Shown piece by piece: positions 55,116-64,000 of a stretch of 64,000 nt of DNA. Made by a program: the position numbers and the translations under genes. Position 1 is the stretch's first letter, and every line of letters begins with the position of its first letter. Origin of the DNA: Chiloscyllium plagiosum. Taxonomy: Eukaryota. The notes below the pieces were generated by a model that was not told the DNA's origin, searched no databases, and saw only the letters and a list, made by a program, of their open reading frames with translations. The stretch covers positions 73,531,399 to 73,595,398 of the forward strand of contig NC_057711.1 of NCBI RefSeq assembly GCF_004010195.1. Direction: 5' to 3'.

Positions 55116-57963
55116 TGTCACATGGTATAAACAGGAATATGTCAAACTGTGTAGTAACTGTAGCACAACAGACTTGCCATGTTAAAAAACATGAAGTGCA
55201 GATTCTTGTCATGAATATGTTTCATCGTTGATGTGAAAATATTTGAATACGTTTGAAATTGTGCATAGTCAAATTATCCCTAGTTTGCTTTAATAATTCA
55301 AGCACTTCCTCTTTGCATGCTTCCTTGTCTTCAATTTTTTTTTCAAAAATTATTCTCAGGATATGGGTATCCTTGTCAAACCATTTAAAACTATTCCTAA
55401 TTTTCAATGAGAATGTGATAGTGAGCTTTCTTCTTGAATACCTGCAAGTCATGTAGTTAAAGTGTTTTTCTAATACTATTAGTTAGGGAGATCAGGCTGT
55501 TAATCTAGTGACAAAACATGTCCAAGTCAGAATGCTATGTAACTTAAAGGGGAACTTGGAGGTGATGGTGTTTCCATGCTCCTGGTACACTTGTTCTTTT
55601 AGGTATTAGAAGCCTCAGGTGCAGGGCATTACGTCATTTGGCTTGAAAAGATGTTTCTAAAAACAGCTTCATTTTCTGTCATGCCCTTTAAGTCAAACTG
55701 CAATAGAAATATGACACAGCATTACTTAATGAGCTGACCAAGTCCTAAAACAGATAGGCCAGAGTGGGTCTGTGGCAGTTCATGAGGTAACCAACTAGAA
55801 GGAAATACATACTTGACCTCATTCTCACAAATTTGCCTGTCACAGATGCATCTGTTTATGATAGTGTAGGATTTACACCGTCATTATAGAGACTAAGTCA
55901 CATCTTCACATTGAGGATACTCTCCATTGTGTTACACAGCATGACAACCATGCCAAAGGGGAGAGATTTTAAACAGATTAGCAACTCAAAATTGCAAATC
56001 CATGGAATTGAATTAACTTTATTGTCGCATGTACTCACATGAGGACAGTGAAACATTTACAATTCAACACTTATGATGTCATCAGTTCGCTGGAGGGATA
56101 AATGTCAGGTCTGGGGAGGAGGTCAGCCTGCCAGTGGGGGAAAATGGCATCAGGAGATGTTTCATCTGTATGTTCGGATCTAGAAGCGTCAGGCCAGGAG
56201 TCAGAAGGTTGTGTGAAAATGGGTCTGGCTGGGGCTAGTTTGGAATCTGTTTGGGAGGTGATTGTCTGGTGCCTGTGGGGTGCATGGGATCAAAGGAGGT
56301 GTGGATTTGTGTCAGTGGTGAGCCAAAAGTCAGTTTAATATTCATCCAAAAGTTAACTATGTTCTTTTCCTGGGTAATATTAGCTTAAGTAACGTTGAAG
56401 CCTCCAACTTTTCCAACTTTAATGGATTTTTTCAGAGGCTCCAGATACAGATGAACTGGTCATTGGAAAATTTAATTTCTTGGGTAATTCCCACTAAGTC
56501 AGCTGTGTTAGGGATTCTGCACAGTCCCGATGCACAACTTCAGTTAATGCTGCAAAAATAACTTTCTGACTGGCGGAGCTCAAAATTCTGCATCAATGGA
56601 TCTACCACAATCTCAAGAACTGCAGCTGTTGAAGAAGGCAGCTCACTGGCATAATTTTAAGGACAATTAAGGATGGGCATTGAAAGCCAACCTAACCACT
56701 GATGCCACATACCATTAAGGATTTAAAAATAAAGCAAGAGTCCCAAGTCCAAATTCCCATTATTCATACAAAGTGAAACATTTTATGTACCAACTGAAAA
56801 TGTGGATGTTTCAATCGATCATTCAGCATTAGGTCCTATGCAACTCACCTCAGTAATTCCTACATTTGTCACCAGTGCTATTCAGAGTCTACTGAGCTCT
56901 TTAATCTTGGATTAGTTAATAAACAGGCCCACATTTGTGGGAATTTCTTACAAAAAGATCTGATTAATCCATTGTTATTAGTTAAAGATATTCTGGGAGT
57001 TGGTGCAAAAGAAGGTAAATAAAGTTCATCTCGTCATGATCCAGTCAAACGGAAAATAGTCTTGAAGGATCAAATGACACATTCCAGTTCCCATGTACAG
57101 GACTGGAACATACACCAGATTTTAAACATAAGTTTGGAGTTGAAATTTTGAGTTAAAGTTGTAAATTCAGATATTTATGTTTAAATCTTGACTTCAGTCC
57201 AACACAATGTTTATTTCTATAAGTAGGAGGTAAATAAATCTTTGATTTGCTTATACAATACAACCTTTAGATCATCTGAGATGGTTGAGAAGCACCAAGT
57301 CAAGATTCAATGCTATTTGCAGAGAGATGCAGAAAAATGCAAAAAAAAGTGTTCATTTCTGCAGTACAATTAGTATATAGTAAAATGTCACAAGTGTGAT
57401 CTCTTGAAGGCTTCTCAAATTGAACTTAACTTAATAATAATCCACATAACAAGCTATTAGGGCAGATGGTCCAAAACTTGGTCAGGTTGTTATTTTTTAA
57501 AAAATCTTAAAATAAAAAAGATACAGAGATAAGAAAGGTCTTGTAAAGGATTTTTACAGCTTTCAGCCTAGTCAGTTGAAGACATGACTAACCATGGTAG
57601 AGTGATTGAAATCTGGATTATACAGGAGATCAGAGTTGAAGAATATAAGAATCTGAGAACTCTGTAGGAGTGAAGAATTTTGCAGAGATAGGAAGTGGTG
57701 AGGCCATGAAGAGATGAAATAACATGGATGATTGTTTTAAAATGAAGGCAATGCTGAAAAGTATCCGAAGGCCAATGTATGTCAGTGACCACAGGTATAA
57801 AATAAGATTTGAACAGAGGTTTGCAGTTACTTATGTTTACAGAAGGTGCAAAATGGGAAATCAACCAAAGAGAATTTGAATAAAATGAGCCTGAAACTAG
57901 AAAAGGCATGGATGAGTATTTCAGTAATGGATGAGCTGAGGCAGATATGGAGAAAGGGGAGAT

Positions 57964-58425
57964 CAAAGTTTGGGTGAAGATTTGTAGTTCGGGTGCTCGT
58001 TGTTGTGGTTCTGTTCGCCGAGCTGAAAATTTTTGTTGCAAACGTTTCGTCCCCTGTCTAGGTGACATCCTCAGTGCTTGGGAGCCTCCTGTGAAGCGCC
58101 TCTGTGGTGTTTCCTCCGGCATTTATAGTGGCCTGTCCCTGCCGCTTCCGGTTGTCAGTTTCAGCTGTCCGCTGTAGTGGCCGGTATATTGGCACTCATT
58201 CACAAACTCCATCAACAAACACATCGACCTGGACCCAATATACCGGCCACTACAGCAGACAGCTGAAACTGACAACCGGAAGCGGCAGGGACAGACCACT
58301 ATAAATGCCAGAGGAAACACCACAGAGGCGCTTCACAGGAGGCTCCCAAGCACTGAAGATGTCACCTAGACAGGGGATGAAATGTTTGCAACAAAAATTT
58401 CCAGCTCGGCGAACAGAACCACAAC
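57964..58425. mobile_element. Penelope-like foldback element with 191-bp inverted arms (58002-58192 / 58235-58425), two hammerhead motifs and 13-bp TSD
   Basis: TSD agaaaggggagat at 57951-57963 and 58426-58438. The spacer and right arm encode WHSFTNSINKHIDLDPIYRPL. Confidence 0.9.
58037..58077 (-). ncRNA. Putative minimal type I hammerhead ribozyme (intact core)
   Basis: GCA-CUGAGGA-U-GUCACC-UAGACA-GGGGAC-GAAA-CGUU-UGC: stem I GCA/UGC, stem II, palindromic ACGU in place of stem III. Confidence 0.7.
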
Positions 58426-59735
58426 AGAAAGGGGAGATATTATAGATGAAAGAAAGAAGACTTGGTAATGTAAAAACTACCATGTTGGAAATTCAGCTCA
58501 GGATCAAATAACATGTCAAAGTTGGAACAGTCTGGTTTGCAACATTGCTTCAAGAAATCATCAGCTTTTCATCAATGACACTCATTCCAAAATAAAGCTG
58601 AAAGTGGGGATATTTGCTGATGTTTAATTTACACTTTCTTAAATAATTAAGTTATCTGTTCCTGCACACAGCCTATACTACTTTTAGGTATGGATGGATA
58701 TGTTGCAAAAAGCATTTTTATCATACAGGTAACAGAAATGACTATCTCCAGAAGAGACACTAAACATCTCTCAATAGAATTTTTATTCTTAAATCTACTG
58801 CTATCAAAAACCTAGATTCATCCTTAAATTGGACTAACTGAACTAAATACTGTGGCTATGAGGGCACGTCAGAGATTGTATATTCTGCAGTAAGGGACAA
58901 ATCTTCTGACTCACCAAATCCTTTCTGACAGCTAGAAGACACAAGTCTGCAATGACTGAAATAACTTTCACTTGCTCATCCAGTATGAGGCAGTCCAATT
59001 GATTGGCAAATCAGCCAACAGCTTAAATATTCACTCCTTCCACCACTGATGCATGATGATTGCAGTTTGTATTACTGCAAGATACACTGCAGCAACTAAC
59101 ATACTAAAGCTTCTCTGGCAGCCCTTTCAAACCCGTGACCTCTGTCAGCTAGAAAGACAAAGGTAGCAGAAGCATCAGAATCTCCAATTTCCTCACCAAG
59201 TGGGGATATCATGTGATCTAGAAATATGTCTCTATTCCCTCATCATCAAGATGAGTCAAAATGCTTTAACTCCATAACTAATAGCACACAAAGTGTAGTA
59301 ACTCAAGAAAGTGGTTCATCACCAGCTTCTTAATCAGGAATGGGCAATAAATGGTTTGTGAAGTCCATCTCCTGTAAATCAATAAATAAAAGCTACAGAC
59401 AATGGCCGTGAAAAATTAAATAATAATAACTCATTCTAAGAATGACACAATTACAAAAATTAAATACTGTGGATAATGAAAATCTGAAATAAAGACAGAA
59501 AGTTTATTCTAATGAAAGGTCTAACTGAAATATTAACTCTGTTTATCTCTCTTTTGTCTTCCAGACCCATTTCAAAAATAGCACTAATCTATAAACAGGC
59601 TGTATTTCTACTATCACGTTTAGTGGATAAATAATTAAAAGAAGAGTATATTTAAGAGAAAATTAATTGAGATGTAAATGAAAATGCTAATTTTCATTGA
59701 CAAAAAACCTACATATCTTGCATTTTAACTTTCAG

Positions 59736-59817
59736 AAATGGATGAAATTTCAGCGTGACTTTGAGAACTTCAGAACTGCTTGTATTCCATGGGAAATGAA
59801 AATAAAAGAGATTGAAA
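59736..59817 (+). CDS. TMC1: TMC1-like coding exon (82 nt): [27 protein letters not shown]
   Basis: aactttcag acceptor, A|gtaagt donor. Conserved RDFENF..ACIPWE.KIK.IE motif. Not in the ORF track; read manually. Confidence 0.96.
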
Positions 59818-61018
59818 GTAAGTGAAACAAACTGTACTAACAAGTCTCTTACAAAATGAATTTATTTGATTGTCAGGAATAAAGCTGATCTGGCATGGCA
59901 ACTGGTATTTCTAAAATTGCTGAACATCTTTACAATAAATATTTTCTTCCTGGTCAGCCATGAGATGGAAAGAAAATGTTATCCTCTATCATTGCTATTC
60001 ATATCTCCAGACTACAACATGTATTTAAAAATGCACATTGCCATACTAATTTGGACTCCTTGGAGTGCCAGAAGTCTTGGCTAGATGGATGATGTGGAAC
60101 AGAATGGTGCTAACAGCATGATATTCATTTCCTCTTCTAGCTCAGTTGGATTTAGGACTTGCTTTCTGGCCCTATCTATGGCGGAGATTGCAATGCTGTG
60201 AGTCAAAGCTGCCTTCAGGCAGAGAACTCAAGAAGACAAAATTATATCAAAAATACCAGAACTGACAGCATCAGAATGGACACGGGTTGAGTTTTAGTGA
60301 CAGGAGCATTAATGTTGCATGATGAAGGCATTACCTCAGCAATCTCAGTAATCTGCTGGAGGACAGATTGTTAAATTATGTAATGCTTCTTTGTTACACA
60401 CTCCAATAATTTATTGTTAAATGTCTGTCTAATGGTACAACAACTAGTAGTCATGTTAAACTACTCCCACTAACATTTTCTGACTTTTGTTATTACTAAT
60501 CTCCACCATACTGATTCTACTTCATGGTCCTCTTAACTAAGTTCATTCCACATTAATGTCCTTACATTATCCCTTATGATCAAAGCTACCCTCCTCTTTT
60601 GCCATCCTGTTTGTCTTTCCAAAATATTATGCATCCTGGAATACTTATTTTTCAACATTGGTCACCCTGTAATCATGCTTCGCTAATGGTGATTAGCCAG
60701 TTACTTTTAACTGTGCCATTAGTTCATCCATCTTTGTTGTAGTTGTTTTGCACATTTAGATAAAGTGGCTTTAACTTGATTATCATGTTATATATTAAGG
60801 TCGTATGTGTCACTAAGGCAACACTGCCCAAATAGTCCTTTAGATATAACAATAGGGTTAACACAACCTGTTTCATATGAGTGGAGTAGAGGGCCTTTGC
60901 AATTGAGGATTAAGACAAACACTTGTACCATTTTTTTCCCATTTCAGTAACTTTTTAAACTCCTGAAATAACTAACTACTTGCAATGGGTAATAACATTT
61001 TTTGCTTGTTTTTACCAG

Positions 61019-61125
61019 GTCACTTTGGTTCATCAGTTGCTTCATATTTCATCTTCTTGAGATGGATGTATGGAATCAATATGGTTCTGTTCGGATTGAC
61101 CTTTGGTTTGGTAATGATCCCTGAG
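61019..61125 (+). CDS. TMC1: TMC1-like coding exon (107 nt): [36 protein letters not shown] (first transmembrane segment)
   Basis: tttttaccag acceptor, GAG|gtaaac donor. [16 protein letters not shown] is the TMC1/2 signature. Confidence 0.97.
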
Positions 61126-61986
61126 GTAAACTTTAACAAAAAAACACAGCTGCTAATTTCATCATTAAAATACCTTGAATTTAAACTATGCTTTATGAAG
61201 TAAACAGAATAAGTTTTCAAAAGATAATTAAATTTTGTTTTCTCAGTCAGGTTTTCCACTTCTTCATGAATTACAAACTTCTGTGGAATCAAAGTTGTTT
61301 TTATCATGTGCTTCCAAAATTAGGATTACCTTGGCAAGGTCATACATGTTGTCCATTCCTAACCGTGTGGAAAAGACTGTGGTCCATTTTGTATATTGCA
61401 GTTCTTGCATTTATGAAGCTCCAACAACAATATTAATGACAATATACTGTTATAGTATAAAAAAAGTTTACTTGGGATCTCAAAGATCCACTTGCATTAC
61501 AATCAGGAACCATTTCTGTCAATCTCTGGTGGCAGCTTGTGCCAATTTGCTCTTGCCAAAGTCCTCACCCTTCACCTCATTGAACTGCTTTCCTTTGCAC
61601 TCAGGTTAAAATCGGGGCATATGTGTTCACTTCTGCAGCTTTAACATTCAGGGTTATGGTAGCATTGTGACTATATAGCTTAACTGTCATGCTGGACTAT
61701 TAATTCAAAGACAGAGTTGAAATGCCAGCCCGGAAATCGGAATTCAAGTATTTAAATTAACTGTGGAATTTGAATGAATTAAATGGCGATGAGCATGAAG
61801 CTTAACCATGTAAAAACCCACTGAGTTCTTGAACATCCTTTTGGGAAGAAAAACTGTTGTCTTTACCTGGGTGGACCTATATGTGTCTTCAGACCAGCAT
61901 TTGATGATGCTTAACTGCTCTCTGAATGTCCTAGCAAGCTACTCAGTTGTATGCAAGACGTAGCTCATTGCCACATTTACAACAAC

Positions 61987-62134
61987 TAGATTAGAGTGGT
62001 GCTGGAAAAGCAGAGCAGGTCAGGCAGCATCCGAAGAGCAGGAAAATCAACGTTTCAGGCAAAAGCCCTTCATTCCTGATCTAGACTCTAATCTAGACTC
62101 TGATTTCCAGCATCTGCAGTCCTCACTTTTGCCT
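61987..62134. mobile_element. Short rearranged Penelope-like pLTR insertion (partial hammerhead), inside an old SINE
   Basis: Homologous to 11540-11640. Internal inversion ctagattagagt/actctaatctag. Imperfect TSD acatttacaacaac/acacttacagcaac. Confidence 0.75.
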
Positions 62135-62289
62135 ACACTTACAGCAACAATTAGGCAGGGACAGCTCATTCTGATTTTACCAGGTATCCATATTGCAAGA
62201 ATGAGAAAACCATTAGAGGTGTTATTAAATGCTACTAGTCTTGATGAATTATTTTGAGTTTTTCCTCTTTTGGTCACATCTTCCAAGGT

Positions 62290-64000
62290 CACACAAACAA
62301 AAAACAAGGAACCATACAGCTCAATACAGCACCGCAATATTCCAAATCCTTGATTCCATCCCTGAGTATGACAGTTATTGACAGCAGGCTAAGTGAATTG
62401 ACAGTTAAGTAGCTTTTGTCTCCAATCCTGCGTCAACACATTTTGCCCTTCCAGGATCCGTATCCTTCTATTCCATTCTGAGTCATGTATTTGCTTCTTA
62501 AATGCTGCTATTGTGTCTGTGTCCACCACCTCCTCTGGCAGTGCAATCCTGACACTCATCACCCTTTGTTTAAAAAACATGCATTGCGCATCTCTTTTAA
62601 ACATCCCCCCTCACATCTTGAAAAGTACCAAAGTAATTGACACCTCCACCTTGGGAAAGAAAAACCTCATACTTTCCACTCTATCTATGCCATTGACAAT
62701 CTTATAAACTTCTATCAAGTCACCCCTCAACCTCCTGCATTCTAGTGAAAACAAACCCAGGGCTTTTGCCCGAAACGTCGATTTTGCTGCTTGTCGGATG
62801 CTGCCTGAATTGCTGTGCTCTTCCAGCACCACTGATCCAGAACCTGGTTTCCAGCATCTGCAGTCATTGTTTTTACCACCTTGAAGACAAACCCAGTCTA
62901 TCCAACCTTTCTTCATAGCTAAAATCCCCCATACCAAGCAACATCCTGGTAAACCTTTCCTGTACCCCTCCAGAGCATCCACATCTTCCTGGTAGTGCAG
63001 TGACCAGAATTGTATACAATATTCCAAACTAAAATTCCATAAAGCTGCAGCATAACTTGTCTATCCTTATTCTTAATGCTCCTTCCAATGAAGGCAAGAA
63101 TGTCATGGACTTTTTTTACTACCTTATCTACCTGTGCTGTCATCTTCAGTGATCCGTGGGCATGCACCACCTAGATCTATCTGCATATTAATATTCTCAA
63201 GGGGTCTATCATTCACTGTATAATTTCTACCTGTACTTGACCTACCAAAATGCATCACCTAACATTTGTCCGGATTAAACTTCATCTGTTATTTTGCTGC
63301 CCATCCCTCTAACAGATCCATATCATGCTGTATCCTCTGACAATCCTCCTTGCTATCAGCAACTCCACCAGCCTTTGTATCATCCACAAACTTACTAATT
63401 AGACCAGCTATGATTTCATCCAAATCATTTATGTAGATCACGAACAGCAGAGGTCCAAGCACTGATCCCTGTGGAACACCACTCATCATTCCAAAAAAAT
63501 CCTTCCACCATTACCCTCTGTCTCCTATGAGGAAGCCAGTTCTGTATCCATCTTGCTAGCTCACCCAGATACCATGTAACTTCACCTTTTGTACCAGTCT
63601 GCCATGAGGGACCTTGTCAATGGCTTTGCTGAAATCCATATACACAACATCAACTGCTATTCCCTCAACAATCATCTTTGTCACTACCTCAAAAAAATGA
63701 CCAAGTTAGTGAGGCATGACCTTCTTCCGAACAAAACCAAGCTGTTTATCCTAATCAGTCCATTTGCTTCTAAATGTGTATGGATCTAGTCCTTGAGAAT
63801 CTTTTCCAATAATTTCCTTACCGCTGATGTGAGGCTCACAGGTTTGTAAATTCCTGGATCATCTCTGCTAGCTTTTTTAAACAACGATACATCATTGGGT
63901 ATTGTCCAGTCCTCTTGGATCTCACCTATGGCCAAAGAAGATTCAAAGCTGTCTGACAATGCTTCAGCAATTTGTTCTCTTGCCTCCCTCAATATTCTGG
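62290..64000 (-). mobile_element. CR1 LINE (RT plus 3' UTR) continuing beyond the window
   Basis: [36 protein letters not shown]. Confidence 0.92.
62761..62881 (+). mobile_element. Short Penelope-like pLTR insertion, truncated inside its hammerhead; 15-bp TSD
   Basis: TSD tgaa(a/g)acaaacccag at 62746-62760 and 62882-62896. Begins (g)GGC-TTTT-GCCC-GAAA-CGTC and lacks CTGATGA. Confidence 0.85.

Larger units (their letters stand above)
57380..58530 (-). mobile_element. Old L2-type LINE fragment hosting the PLE foldback
   Basis: FIPVVTDIHWP..CLHFKTII..SLHGLTTSYL resembles L2 HITPVL..LHWLP..FK...LHGLAP.YL. Confidence 0.7.

Noticed and set aside
59500..59550. Very degenerate PLE/hammerhead-like stretch (ctaatgaaaggtctaactgaaatattaactctg)
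   Set aside because: Too decayed to count as a motif.
1..64000. CRISPR arrays, operons or other prokaryotic systems
   Set aside because: This is eukaryotic intron-exon DNA, and no regularly spaced repeat-spacer array was seen.

Overview
Repeat-rich vertebrate genomic DNA, almost certainly from a cartilaginous fish (shark). This is inferred from abundant HE1-type SINEs and their HER1/CR1 LINE partners. The window has 4 N-gaps. The only host gene I can support is the 5' coding part of a hair-cell mechanotransduction channel gene on the + strand, most likely TMC1 (TMC2 not fully excluded). Six GT-AG exons (34329-34385, 36117-36552, 47219-47365, 53678-53768, 59736-59817, 61019-61125) splice into one open frame of about 307 codons. 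The start exon was not confidently found, and the gene continues past the window. The rest is decayed CR1/HER1 and L2 LINEs, SINEs, a Gypsy pol remnant, a solo LTR and many Penelope-like element (PLE) fragments. The most interesting signal is about 12 minimal hammerhead-ribozyme motifs carried by short PLE-derived insertions, several of which have 12-18 bp target-site duplications (TSDs). Two of these insertions are ~460 bp foldback elements whose ORF remnants begin at almost the same homologous position. Intact ribozyme cores occur only antisense to TMC1. The TMC1 N-terminus also shows a KPW>KPS change at a usually conserved Trp. Family names come from recalled motifs, not database searches, and many repeat boundaries are approximate.
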